From NCBI GenBank assembly GCA_905331295.1, contig CAJNYD010000073.1:1-64000 (forward strand): 64,000 nt of DNA, given 5' to 3'. Each line of letters begins with the position of its first letter. Positions within the stretch are counted from its first letter, which is position 1. Positions 39,402 to 52,415 of the stretch are shown piece after piece. The notes under the pieces are model-generated. The model saw only the letters and a program-made list of their open reading frames with translations, made no database searches and was not told the origin of the DNA. The position numbers and the translations under genes are program-made. Source of the DNA: Rotaria socialis. Its lineage: Eukaryota.

Positions 39402-39466
39402 TGTGGATGGGTGTAGGTGTGAATATATGTGGGTACAAGGCGCATCACACTCACACGCCCACACCC
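39402..39466. repeat. Telomere-type inverted repeat element abutting a 39-bp duplication
   Basis: gggtgtaggtgtg...cacactcacacgcccacaccc, immediately followed by an exact copy of 38722-38760. Confidence 0.8.
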
Positions 39467-40619
39467 AGCTATGCAGCGTCAGCACAGTGTGTTTTTACTT
39501 GCTTAGATTATTTGTTATATTCATTTTTTTTATAGGTTGCTGCAATCAGATGTTGATCATTTGCTTCATCAACTACGTATTCACGATTTGATTTATTAGT
39601 ATCTTCAATGGGTGAAGAACTTTCGGCTCGACGAGTACTATCAATGTTGATTGCACTGTTAGAAATTTTTAAGTGGAAATCATTATTATCTTCCATGTTC
39701 ATATGTACGATATTTTTTTCTGGAGATTTACTTGTATTATTTTTAACTACTTTTATTGATTCTTGAATATACGACTTTCTTTTGGTTGTTTGCCAATAGA
39801 ATATGTACGCTTTTTGTTCTATGTGGTGTGAGTAATAAGGTTTTTCTTCGATTATTTTTATTTGATTCTTTTAAAAAATACAGAGATATTTTCGTTGACG
39901 AAAGAATGGAAGTACCGGTTGTTGGTTGACTATGTAATGACTCAAGTGATATCGATTTAGAAATACGAGATATACGATCTTTATTAATCATTTAATTTAT
40001 CAAAAAAAAAATTTTATTAATTTTTAAGAATCCAATACTTGTATAAAAATACGCAATAGAAAATTACAAAAATGCAGCACCAACAGCGGAACGAAAAAGA
40101 TAAGCACAAACAAAATACAAAATTTTTCGCAATAATTAATAAGTGGACTAGTTAGTTGTCCAACTTCTCCACCAATTGTGAGGTTCTCTTTTAAGGATGT
40201 CTGTAATTAATCTTTATTTTATTTTTACGCTCAATTAGTGATGCGTCTTCTTTAGATTAATCGATTTTATGTCGAGAACTCACGTAAATAATTAGTTTAC
40301 CTTGTTTAAGTATATGCATAATCAATGATTTACAATAAGATCAATTGATGAAACCAGTTGATTGAAGGAAAAAGTAGATTTATGTAAATAATGGTAACAA
40401 TGATGAAAAGATAACAAATCCAACAAATAAATACAAGGATAGTTTCGTTTATATTCGAACGAGAAAACTAAACGACGCAATAACGAAAAAACATAGCTAA
40501 GCCGAAAAAAAAATCACATGATTATCCATATCAAATAGAAAAGAAGTAAAGGAAAACGTATTTGAATGATATGGATAAGTTAGCGTCATGAAGTGACGCT
40601 AACAGGAGGTAATTTATAA

Positions 40620-40676
40620 TAGGGTGTGAGTGTGTAGGTTAGAATTTTTATATTCGCATTCACAAGCACACTCACA
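40620..40676. repeat. Telomere-type inverted repeat element
   Basis: tagggtgtgagtgtg...cacaagcacactcaca. Confidence 0.65.
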
Positions 40677-41111
40677 ATTCTGTAATGTGTATTTGAATAT
40701 AGGTGGAAAGTTAAAATATTTAAGTTTCCTGTACTACTACTTTATCCTTGCAATCGATTAATATGTATCTATGAATGCTAGCTTTTTCAGATGGTCCGGG
40801 CAATTCGAAATAATTAACTGGAATTAACATGAATAATATGCTTCTTGTATATGGGCAGTCTGAAGATGTAAATATGAAAAAAAGCAACAAATTTAACAGC
40901 TGTGATTGTTGAGTATATGCCTTTTATTAACGTAAATCCTTAAATTTTGTGCACTCTCATTGTTAGTAAGTAATTAATGATTCCTTGGATACTAAGCTTG
41001 AGTATGTATGAATAATGAAACGCCTGTGGAAAGACATGATCCTATTAAAATATAAGCTCACATCTCATTCGAATCTATCATAGTGCTTTATCTGAAATTT
41101 CGAAAGCAAAA

Positions 41112-42630
41112 ATGCTACGATCTATCATGTATTTTATTATTGGTTGTTGTATATTGAATCGCATTTGTGGCTTTACTTGTCCAGTTGGAAATAATGGGCT
41201 TCATTCAAATATTAATGATCACCATTCGTTTTGGCAATGCTCCAATGGTATAGCATATTTATTTCACTGTCCAAATATGCTTGTATGGTCACAAGAAAAG
41301 TAAATTTGCGATTGGAAAGGTAAATTATTCTATAAAGCATTGTAGAGTAAAGGAAGATATGCCTATGATGATTATTAAAACGAAACAGAATATCTGAATT
41401 AAGATTTTTACTTTGGCACCAAATATTCGTATCAGAGTCGTAACTGTTCCCGCAATACCGTTTTGTTCTAAATTTTGAAGCATCGATTAGATCTATATAA
41501 TCAATTGATTTTCAAATTGGTGATAGTTACATCGAGAACGGAAAGTATTATTTTCTAGAAATCAATATTAATACTTAACGAAAACAAAAGGAACAGTTTT
41601 CTTTTCTAAGATTGAACACATATTTTCTATTTTGAGTTTGCGTGTGTTACGCCTAAAAACACTATAGAGTTATGCTATAGCACCGCCGCCGACTGTTGAG
41701 AATAATGATGATGGAATTTGTTCGAATGCAACTTGGAATCCAATTGGTATTACTAAAGCTGGTAGCAACAAACGGGGCACTGGATTGAATGAACTCGATT
41801 TTCCATCGAGTTTCGTTTTTGGTGCTGATTCAAGCATGTATATTGCCGACACGTTTATTCATCGCATAGGCAAATGGTTGCTCAACGGGTCAAATAGCCA
41901 ATCGATTATTGCTGGCGGGAAAGGCATAGGCAATCAAACAGATCAATTACGTTATGTTCATCGTGTTATCCTTGATGAAGAAAATACTATGTACATTTGT
42001 GATAGTGGGAATTCACGTGTACTAAGATGGTTCAAGAATGAAAATTATGGTCATCCAATTCTTGAAAATTTTCGATGTTGGGGTATGCTATTGGATAATG
42101 ATGGATCATTATATGTAGTAAATTCAAGTGACAATTCTCTTGTTTTAAAATGGCCTGAAGGTAAAATAGTTGCAGGCGGAAATGGAAGAGGAAATGCTTT
42201 TAATCAACTCAGATATCCTGACAACATACTTATCGATCGAGAAAATTCCATCTACATAGCCGATGTCGATAATCATCGTATAGTTAAATGGGTTGCTGGT
42301 GCTAAAGAAGGTATTGTTATTGCTGGCGGCAATGGAGTAGGAAAAGGTCTCCATCAACTACAACAGCCAATGGGAGTAGCACTCGATTCTATGGAAAATT
42401 TGTACGTTGCTGATCATGGTAATCATCGAATCGTTCGTTGGCTCAAATGTAGTAAATCAGGTGATGTTCTTATTGGTAAAAGTGGCCCTGGTGATGCGCC
42501 CGATCAATTACGTATGCCGACTGATTTGAAATTCGATAGAAATGGACATCTATGGGTATCTGATTATTCCAACCATCGTATACAAATGTTTACAATCGAT
42601 AAAAGTGCATGTAGTTCAACAACATATTAA
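41112..42630 (+). pseudogene. Signal peptide + chitin-binding CBM14 (peritrophin-A) domain + NHL propeller; premature TAA at 41301; exons 41112-41319 and 41681-42630
   Basis: FTCP..NGLH...FWQCSNGIAYLFHCPNMLVWSQEK*ICDW. The phase-1 donor at 41320 matches the phase-1 acceptor at 41680, in frame with NHL ORF 41785..42630. Confidence 0.75.
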
Positions 42631-42814
42631 TGTTTGCTTTCAATTCTTACTAAAGTTTATTATTGGTTAAAAAAGATTTAACATGATTAATCTTAAAATA
42701 CTTTTGGGAAAATATGAAAACAACTTTATTTTATAGATTCGGCGCTATTTGAATGAATATAAATGCTTTGGAGCAGATAACACGTGTGGATGAGACCAAA
42801 TCAAAAGAATCGAT

Positions 42815-42916
42815 GGGGTGTGGTTATGAGTGTGCGCATTTGTGTGGGTGGGTTTTGATCGGGCGTGTATATGCGTATGAATTAGAAAAAAAATAACAGC
42901 GTATAGACACACACTC
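42815..42916. repeat. Degenerate telomere-type inverted repeat element
   Basis: ggggtgtgg...gtgtgggtggg...gacacacactc. Confidence 0.55.
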
Positions 42917-43526
42917 GATTATTCTTTATATCTATATAAGAAAAATGGATTTCAAGAGACAAACTGCACATCTCATCTTTTTCAAAGAAAGTAAAGAAAT
43001 ATTGAAATTTATTACAAGAATGATGAAACTTTTCATGCTAAATAATGAAAGTGTGGGATATTGAATCGCTGGTTTTGTTTTAATACAGACGAATTTAGTT
43101 ATAATAAATTAATAAATCATGTGAGATTCGTCCACGGTTGAACGTTCTACTATCATTGATGAATCAGTGGCACAGTTAACTGACGAAATTAGGATTATTT
43201 TTCAGGTATAGACATAAATGAAAGCAGCAAGTAAAACTATGCACAGTCGCCGCAATCAACAAAAATGATTTATTTATGAGTAATTCTGATTATATAATTT
43301 TTTGCTTCCTATCAGTAGCTACAACAAATATTTCAAGTAGTTTTTCATATTCAGGTTACTGATCTTTTAAAGGACATGAACGCTTTTCTGAATTATAATG
43401 TCGATAAATAGTCAGTCATATACATGCTGGATTCGTGATAGTTGCTATAGAAAGTAAATTTGAGGCGTTTGAAATCAAAGAAAAACATAATTATTCACCC
43501 TTTGTTACAATACGTCCACAGCCTCG

Positions 43527-43604
43527 AGGGTGGGTGTGGGTGTTGAGTATAGGTATAGTATAGGAGCCTCGGTGGGGAGAAACTGAGGCTAACACCCACA
43601 CCCT
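43527..43604. repeat. Telomere-type inverted repeat element
   Basis: agggtgggtgtgggtgtt...aacacccacaccct. Confidence 0.85.
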
Positions 43605-44669
43605 TGATTGTATTTGTCATTAAGACATCGATACATACGTATATGACATGCATTCCTGGATTTTCATCTCGTATAACAGCAATGACACAAATTTCTTCAG
43701 AACAAGTAAGACGTTGTACTTTGATGTAGGATTGTTTTGAACAAATTGAAGACAAAAATGATTTTTTTTCATGCGAAAAGTAGCTAATTTAATATAAATG
43801 AATGAATCGAGCTCATATTTAAAGTGTCTAAAGAGTATGTCTAAGATACGCTTGAGAAGTTACAAGTAACAAGTGATATGCCAGTTGTATTATTGATAGA
43901 TAGACGTCTATAGAACAATGAACTAGAATCAATATGCATGTGACATACTTATGATACTAACTTTATCATACAAAAAAGAACTGCAAGCCTAATTTGGTGC
44001 ACTATAGACACCTGAGGAAAAGCCACCGGTTTTCAGAAATTAGCCTAGCCTGCTTTTAATTGAATGAGATTCAGCATGATCAGAACGAAGTTTGATCGAT
44101 TCTAATTAGAAATGGTTCTGTATGTTTAAAATGAAAATGTTTTAGATGTCTCGATTCGCATCATTAGGTACGATTCGTTTTGGTGAACAGAATTGTAAAT
44201 GCTTCACCTGACTGCGAGTTTAAGATATTAGTCTTCACATCTGTTTCTGGCAGCTTGATCAGGACAAACATAAAGAACCGACTTGTGAACAGTTCTAATG
44301 TGGCGTTCTATTTGACGAGCACTAGTAATAAGGGAGTTTAAGATGATATAGAAAATTTGTTTATCTACGATTTGCGATAATTGACTTATCAGTTATGCGG
44401 GAATGATTATGCCAAAAGTCGTAATAGATTACTAGTTTATTTTAGAATTATCTAATGTTATGTTCAATGAGTTTAGGTATATTATTATTTGTATCACAAC
44501 TGACTTATAATTTGATCTAATAGAGGTTAAGTATTTTATTAGTGCTATTCAGTCAAATAAATTTTCTTGATCTTTTCGATGAGTATCTAGGGTTTTTCAA
44601 AAACAACAAAAATAGGAAAATATTTGATAAAACGAATTATCCTGGAAGTGATATTTTGTCTATTCTAAA

Positions 44670-45864
44670 ATGCCTATGCCATTGTGTTCCGTAAGTGACA
44701 AGCATATCGTTTGTCACGAGTGTTCTAAAGCTCTTCCACTTTGTCCACTATGTGATGGCAAACTTATCAGTGATATTTATGTTGCACAATCACTTGCTGA
44801 TGAAATTAAACAAGCACGAAAAAAAACTAGAAGATTACTGTTTTCCATCTGATCTTGCGACAAAGATCACAATTGAATCGAATCAAGAACCGATCGCACA
44901 CGGTGCCATGGGTAGAATATTTCGTGTCAAAAATATTTATACGGTAAAATGCGGTCTGATTGCAAATACAACCGAAATGAAAGATGCGCTAATGCATGAA
45001 ATAGCTGTATCTCGTCCTTTAGTGCATATGCCTAATTTAGTACCAGTTTACGGTGGTGTTCGTTTACCATAATATGGTATTGGTATTGTCATGGAATATA
45101 TTGATGGACCATCACTTGCTATTGCTCTCGCTGATAACTCAGCAATTATTCGTAGTTTATCTTTTCGAGAACGTTTAGAAATTACATTAGGTATTGCCAA
45201 AGGTCTCGGTGAACTTCATTTAGCTCAAGTTGTTCAGCGTGATTTTAAACCAGAAAATGTGCTTCTCTCTAAACAATCTGATGGTAATTACATACCAAAA
45301 ATTGTCGATTTTGGAGTTAGTTTTCAATTTGCTATCGCTTCGACGACGTCAGTCAAAGGACCAGGTGGTACTGCTGGTTATGATGCACCAGAAATCGTCA
45401 TCGATGATGCAACACCCTCTGTAGCTTCAGATATTTATTCTTTGGCATTTACTCTCTATGAACAACTGACAGCGAAACGTATTTTTACTGGAATGAAGCC
45501 AGCACAAATTCTGGCGAAGTTTACTATGCGTAATGAACGTCCAAATAATTGGCCTAACGATATACCTGCTTTTCTGGCAGATGCTATTCAACGAGTTTGG
45601 CCGATTGAACCTGCTCAGAGAACATCCATTGGTGAAATCATTCATTGTATTCGAATAAGTCTTGATCAAAATCAACTATCATGCATCGACATGCTACGAG
45701 AGACTAATAAACTACGTGAAAAGATAGCTTCGGTTCAGCTCGAAGATTTCAAACCATTTGATTTATTTATGCTAGATGAATTTGTTAAACGTATGGCGAT
45801 TGATGATTGTGAAATTACGCAAATGTTCATTGATGAACTACCTAGAAGTTTATCAAATAAATAA
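44670..45864 (+). pseudogene. RING-like zinc finger + TKL-type protein kinase; frameshift (A8 at 44819-44826) and in-frame TAA at 45070
   Basis: C..HIVCHEC....CPLC; HGAMGRI, VK, VMEY, QRDFKPEN, DFG, GTAGYDAPE and SDIYS. GGVRLP*YGIGIVMEY is in frame. Confidence 0.82.
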
Positions 45865-48278
45865 TCATTTTATTATTGAGACAGTTAGAAGAATTCAATT
45901 TCCTATTTGTCATATCATATTATATTACTCTAGAACGATCTCCTTATTTTAAAGTTTTATGTAAACGTTTTTTCTTCGTCATTCATACTACCTGACTGTT
46001 TAACAGCGATCAAATTCATTAATATCAGTTGATCGTGGCGTACTTACATTTTATTTTTGTGTGCTAAATTCTCCAGTTCACGGATTTTCTTAAAGTGTTC
46101 TTCACAAACAGTTCAACAACTTAGCATAGCCAATGATGATATGGTTCAATCTATTTTCGGCAAAGTGGGAAATCTTGGCTATAAGATATTTTCTCTATCT
46201 TCCATAATAGATTACCTCGCGTAAGTATCATCTTCATCTTCTATACGATTTACTATTTAAACTAGAGCCCTGCGATTCTAACCGTTACCCTAAATCATAA
46301 CCAGAGTTTATTAATAGTATAATAAATGTATGGAAATCACTATAATGCAATATGTTTGCATGAAAATAAGTAATAGTTAATAAGTTATACTAAAGCTCAT
46401 CGTTTTCCACGCCAATCAAAACGGTTATCCGTATTTTCGCTGTATACGACTATGCGCGGATCGCATGTTTCAACCTTGGATGCCTTGAAAACAGTAGGTA
46501 TTCTTCGCATAATTTAAAATTAAACTATTTTGTTGAAAGTAAAAAGATGAATGTTTAGGAAAAATAAATTCTGAAGAAATGAATATTATTGACCAGACGC
46601 ATCAGTATTATCAGAAAACATCGAAAATCGACTAAATTCTATCAGTATTTTAAAAAAAAGTATTTAATCGTTTTAATACAATAAACCAAGACATAACCCT
46701 TTAGAGAAAAAATGACCTGTTGGTATTGCGCACACTCTAACGGTGGGTTTTTCTATAGATACCGTATGATTATTTTGAAGAAAATCCATTTCTTTTACTA
46801 TCCGACAATGATAAACTTCCAATCGGAACTTCGTTCTGCAAGAAAAGCTATGCAAAATAAATGCTCAAGTAATTTATTTTGTACTTGAAAATTCTCGGTT
46901 TAGTTTTACACGAGATCGAGAATTAACAACGTCTCTTGCAACTGATGTTATTACTATTCGGGAAGCACTATATTTCACGCGTTGAAGTTGTTCAATTTTT
47001 GATTGCGATGTTCGTTTTGTTTCTTATTCTTTAGTCATTTCCTGGAAATTCTATAGAAAACAACAAACGAAAAGAATGATTCATCATCTTATGTTTTCAA
47101 GTCATTTCGCGATATCCATCAAGACATCGCAAAACTTTGATGGCACAGGTTTGTACTGACTAAAATCGACTATCAATGCCGATGTTTATCGATATTCATT
47201 GTTGTTGAGTAGAATAATTCCGACTTCGAAAATCGGCATGTTCGGAAAATTATTAAGAACGAACAGAACCTTTTGTAAATATTTACACCACATAGAAGTT
47301 TAGAATTGAAAATCTATTTTTTTTGACTTTTCAATATATTTGATTTCAAGAACACACACTTGGTACACAACTAACATAATGATTTGTTGTGCAATTAAAG
47401 TTTTAGCGCAACATACCGACCTAAAGTGGTGTCGAATCGATATGTAGCGGATTCGATGCTGTGATTATACAATATGCTTTAATTGTAGCAACGTTCGAAA
47501 GATGGCGTCATATCTCTTCATCGTTATTGTAATACATAAAAACAATATTTTACGTTAGAGATACTAATTAAGCACGAATATGTTCTCATAAAATGAAGGA
47601 AAAATGGAAAAGTTTGATAACAAATAAATACAATAAATTCGACACATACAACCAATCAAATTGCTTGCTGCTTAACAAAACGTTTGTTTGTATTTCTTTT
47701 TCAACAATAGAGAAAAGTTTTCAAAGAGAATCGCACAAAATACGCATCATCATGCTAATGATTTAAAAGCAGATATTTTTAATCCAAGTCAACAAATACA
47801 AAGTTACTGTTTTGACATCACAGGCTTTGTCCATCATTTCATAAACACATATATTTACATTTTTAAGTATTTCTTAGAACTATATCTACATCGAAAAAGA
47901 TGACTATAAATTTGAGTCAGCTGACCCAATTGTTAAAAGTTTCTTAAATATTGATGCAAAGCAATCGAATGGATGAAGAAAAAAACAGAATGGACTCTCG
48001 ATTAAAAACTTTTTGTCAACATAGATTGTGTGAGAAAGCTATTCAACATGTGCAACTTCGAATCCATAGCTTCCATTTAACTCCTTCTCCATCTAATAAT
48101 TTTACGACTGACCTTAACCAATGACGATAGTAAACCTTATAACTCTGTATGATGCAGTTCATCGGCTCTTGAAAAAATTGGATATATAACGATTTTTTTT
48201 TCTTTATTTATCTGACCATGAATGTTTTGTATTCTGGACTCGATTTCTAGGCCGTATTCAGTAAGAAACCTATTATCC

Positions 48279-48333
48279 TGACGTCATCATTTGAGGTTAT
48301 GATTAGAATTATGGCCATGCATAATGTGAGTCA
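48279..48333 (+). promoter_or_regulatory. CRE (TGACGTCA) and AP-1 (TGAGTCA) motifs upstream of membrane-protein copy 1
   Basis: TGACGTCA at 48279-48286 and TGAGTCA at 48327-48333. The AP-1 motif is conserved in the paralog (54810-54816). Confidence 0.4.
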
Positions 48334-48568
48334 CATCATCAAGGTATATGAATATTAATGAGTTACGTATCAAGCATATTGATCAACCTTGTATTGAAGG
48401 TGGCTCTTTGAATCTCTTTATATACAATATTTTGTTCGTTCTGTTATCTACTTGACTGCATATATATATATATATATAATATATGTAAAAAGCGTTTGAC
48501 AATGCAGTAAAATAGTCATCGTTCATAATTTTCTTCTGTTCGATAACCATATAGTCCACAGGAATTAC

Positions 48569-49159
48569 ATGGAACACATTCTCATCATGCTAGGTAAGGT
48601 TTGCATAAGGAATGTATAAAATAAAGATATTTATCTACTTCAAGTTTTGATCCTGATCGCAACAACGCAGATAATTTTGGCGAATCCCATTGACAACGAC
48701 ATTTTCTCTATAACTTCTGATTTGTCGTTCGAAACAATGAACGGTACAGCCACTATAAATTCTATTTTGTCGTCTCAATCATCCGACAATACTCTCGCTA
48801 CAAATCCAATCTTCGAGTCCGCATCATACGATGATATGTCGACTGCAAATTCTATCCCTGTGTCTCAATTGCAAGATGCTATTTTCATTGCAAGTTCTAC
48901 CTCCGAGTCTGAATCATCAGAAGATATTGACGCAGCAAGTTCTGCCATTGCGACACAATCAGTGAACAATAAAAACACCATTGGCGATACATATAACCAA
49001 GCTACAGATGTATCTGTACAGCCACTGGCGGGTAGAAACTTTCCTGTTTTCCCTTTGATGATTGTTGGTTGCGCGTTTATCGGGCTAGTTGGTGTTTTGG
49101 TAGGGATAACAATCGTTCGCAAAAAGAATGAATCGACGAAATCAGCTCCATCTACATAA
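48569..49159 (+). CDS. Small single-pass membrane protein (signal peptide, Ser/Thr-rich ectodomain, TM, short basic tail), copy 1; exons 48569-48593 and 48645-49159
   Basis: 51-nt GT-AG intron; TM segment PLMIVGCAFIGLVGVLVGITIV then RKK; AATAAA at ~49260; paralog at 55037. Confidence 0.8.
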
Positions 49160-49316
49160 ATTAATCGTGAATTTTTTTAATATTTCTAAAGAGTCGTGTT
49201 TTATTTTAGTGGTGTTTGAATCTGAACTTGTTCGTTTTTATTTCAATTGTTGTAGTCTAAATAAAAGCATTTCTTCTTTATTAGTAGCTTAACTTCCTGA
49301 AACGAATGGCACAACT

Positions 49317-49366
49317 AGGGTGGGGCGTCAGTGTTAGTTTGGAATAAGAAAAAAAAACTCATACCC
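49317..49366. repeat. Degenerate telomere-type inverted repeat element
   Basis: agggtggggcgtcagtg...actcataccc. Confidence 0.5.
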
Positions 49367-51102
49367 GTAAATCCAAAAAATATCTACATCGGTGAGAGAA
49401 TCGTGCACTAAATTCGTAAATATGAATTCAATCATTAATAATTAGTTATCGATGCGACAATCTTAAAATTTAATGAAGCTCCGATTGATACAAATTAAGA
49501 TATTTAACACATAAGAATTGATGAAATCAATAAATCAAAGGATGTTTGTTTTAAATTTGATGGTCTTTATTGTTCAGTTATACGTAATTACTAAAGAATG
49601 AACTTTTCTAGTGCGTGTTCGGCACCAAAGGCACCTTTCCTATTATCATTTGATCGAAGATCTCCATCTGTTGAAATATTATTTTCTATGCTCAATCATT
49701 TTCGTGCAAGCTGAATTCGAAAATATGAGTGGATGACGCGTTTCTGTGTATAATCAGCAATATTCTCACCGCGTGGTATTGTCAAAAAATACAGAAAAAG
49801 TCATATCTAAAGAAGTCTAAATATTGCCAATAAAGATCATCAAGTGTTTGGAAATTTGTTTTCTGAAAAGGTCTTGATGATAATATTAAAAATTGCATAT
49901 CTTTGTCCAGGAAAACCCTAGACAGCTAATATTTCAAAATGTTTAGTTTCTCAGTGAAAATGAAAATTTTGGCCTGAATAAGGGCAATCGGTTCGTTGAT
50001 CAGTATATTATCTTACATTGAGAGTTGAAGAAGATGAGTGTGCAATTTTCTTTTTCACATCAGTGACCGATTTTATTTCTAGTCAGATTGTACTGAGACA
50101 TTGAGCTGTTTAAAAGATTTTGTGAGCTAAGTTGATCATCTGTTTGCTCTGAGTTAAGTATTTTATATGGCTAATAGTAAAATTTTCCATATAAATATAT
50201 CGGAAACAACTTTTCTTTTAGTTGTTAAACACAGAATCTTGTTAATTTCAGTGCAACTCATTCTAAAATAGCGACTAGAATTGTCTAAAACTCATTCAAC
50301 TCCAATCTTGATCGAATTTCATGTTTTTTTAGATATAGAAATATGGCGTTTAGCGCCCTCTAAAGAAGCATATGTGAGAGGATGGAGCGATTTTCAGTTG
50401 CATCATCGTTGTTGTGAAAGAACACGTCATCATTCCTATTTTCTTGCTGCTTGATTATTAATGAACAATGAATCTACCATTACAGCTATTTATTTGACTG
50501 AAATTGCGTGCTGTACTCAAAGAATGAAAAGTACCACATCCACTTTGACCATTTCTACATCTTGCCCTATGTTATCTGCATGCTGACCATAGATGCCTAT
50601 TTGGATAGTAGCACCTATAGCCGTGCTTGTCACGAACATACTTCTACCAATATGGACCATTCTGGTAAGCAATATCTCGATGTTATGAGTCACGAAATGT
50701 CTCCTAATAATTTGAGCAACACTGTTGTGTATTATTTTGTGCAGAGATCGATTACAAATATAATAGATCAGAGATATTCTCATTTGAATCAGAATAATAT
50801 TGAAAGATTATAAAGAAGTTTATATATGAAACTTCGCTCGAGAATCGAACCCACATGAAACGATTACTGTTTTTCTGAATGCTGTTAAATTATCGAAAAT
50901 CAAAAGAAAGAACAAGAATCAGTCTTATACAAATTTCATATACTAGACTCATTTGAAAACAACACCCGACCAATTCAATTATTTGTGGTTTTGACAATTA
51001 ATACGGTTTACCCGCCTGCACGACTTGTTCTTAAGACTACTGTATAGTTCGCAATAGAATGTTATTTCTTTCAGATAATTGTTTTCCTCATTCCATAATT
51101 CT

Positions 51103-51768
51103 ATGTCTCATCAGCCTACCGTCAACGACAATGATATGAACGCTGAAAACAGTTCTCACACTCTGTATCAACTTCTAGTCGACTGGTATGGTACAACCCA
51201 TCTTAATAGATCTCTCTCGTCAACGCAACTAACAAACCAGTGGACTACATTATGGTTCGCCAAGCATGAGCAGCAGAAGTTAGTAGATCAAAAACTAATG
51301 AAATACCATCCCGCTATCGAATATTTCATTGACTTTCAACCGACAACTCTAGAGGAAAAGATGGCAATGATTATACTCTACGATCAAATAACTCGGAATA
51401 TATTTCGAGGAACAGAAAGTGCTTATATATACGATGATATAGCTCGACGAATTGTTTTAACCCTTGTGGAAACTATTAATCTTACTGGTCTACCAGTTCA
51501 ATTTCTAATAACGATTCTTATTTGCTTAGTTCATTCCGAACAAATTGAACACCTAGAGATCGCTCAAAGTCTAATTCAACAATATTTAATGAGGCATCCA
51601 TCAATTGATTCAAATCTTCTAGTGTCACTGCTTGGCATAACAAAAAATCATTGTGACAGAATACAATTGTTCGGACGGATTCCAGAAAGAAACCGCTTTA
51701 TTGGTCGACAATCTACTGCGGCAGAGATCTCATTTATGACAGCTGTGAATACAGGAGACATATCTTAA
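51103..51768 (+). CDS. DUF924-family protein
   Basis: WF..., IILYDQITRNIFRGT..AY, HSE and H...I..FGRIPERN..IGRQST..E motifs typical of DUF924. An upstream exon is possible (acceptor at 51074). Confidence 0.85.
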   Translation: MSHQPTVNDNDMNAENSSHTLYQLLVDWYGTTHLNRSLSSTQLTNQWTTLWFAKHEQQKLVDQKLMKYHPAIEYFIDFQPTTLEEKMAMIILYDQITRNIFRGTESAYIYDDIARRIVLTLVETINLTGLPVQFLITILICLVHSEQIEHLEIAQSLIQQYLMRHPSIDSNLLVSLLGITKNHCDRIQLFGRIPERNRFIGRQSTAAEISFMTAVNTGDIS

Positions 51769-52207
51769 TCTATTAATTTTTTGTTCTCTATCGTGAAAAA
51801 ATAGAATGTTGGTAACGTAAAGATCTGCACAGAGAGAGTAAGAAAGAAACTGTCTACATACAGAAAGTACCAAAACGAACGGTGTCGAAGCATCTTTTGT
51901 TTCCTTCACAATAGGCCTGTACCATGAAAAATGTAATTTGATAAGAGTACAGATAGTCAGTCATATCATCAGTAAAATTCATTTCCTTTTTTGAGAAATT
52001 CAAAAGTTCGATTTTGCATCCGTATGTTATTACCGACTGACTGTTGTCATTCTTAGCATTTTTGATTTGATTTTGTTTTCATAAATTTAAAAACAAACAA
52101 TAACAAATTTATTTATTAAGTTTCAATGATTTAATCGTGCTAGTTTAAGTCTTGTTTGGTGTTTATATATGATAGTCTTTTTGCCCATTGAATTCGATAT
52201 TGAATTT

Positions 52208-52254
52208 TGTGGGTGTGAGTTGTAGTCTGGTTTTCGTCCGCACACCCACACCCT
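52208..52254. repeat. Telomere-type inverted repeat element truncating an NHL fragment
   Basis: tgtgggtgtgagttgtagtctggttttcgtccgcacacccacaccct. Confidence 0.88.
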
Positions 52255-52366
52255 CAAGTCGATTGATTCCACTGCCTTTACCATTTCCTTCAGCTACAGT
52301 GAGACCAGTTGGATTCCATCGAGCACTTGGATGAATTTCAATTAAAGTTTTACGTAATGCGTAGCC
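52255..52366 (-). pseudogene. Orphan NHL-repeat exon start (IHPSARWNPTGLTVAEGNGKGSGINRL)
   Basis: Homologous to the starts of the NHL exons at 36168 and 41681; ends abruptly at the telomere-type repeat. Confidence 0.75.
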
Positions 52367-52415
52367 TAGAATCAAATCAAATGGGAAAAAATGAATCAGA
52401 CTCAAACATATAATA

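Larger units (their letters stand above)
48172..49280 (+). repeat. Segmental duplication copy 1 (paired with ~54644-55615)
   Basis: Collinear similarity in the upstream region, first exon, intron, CDS and 3' UTR. Confidence 0.85.

Noticed and set aside
39508..40200. Minus-strand ORF fragments that may be a decayed membrane-protein gene
   Set aside because: The frames are broken and I cannot recognise a family.
993..45072. In-frame stops (TGA 993, TGA 30712, TAA 41301, TAA 45070) as evidence for a variant genetic code or readthrough
   Set aside because: Long intact genes here use the standard code and end in TAA/TAG. Most stop-bearing loci also have frameshifts, which indicates decay.
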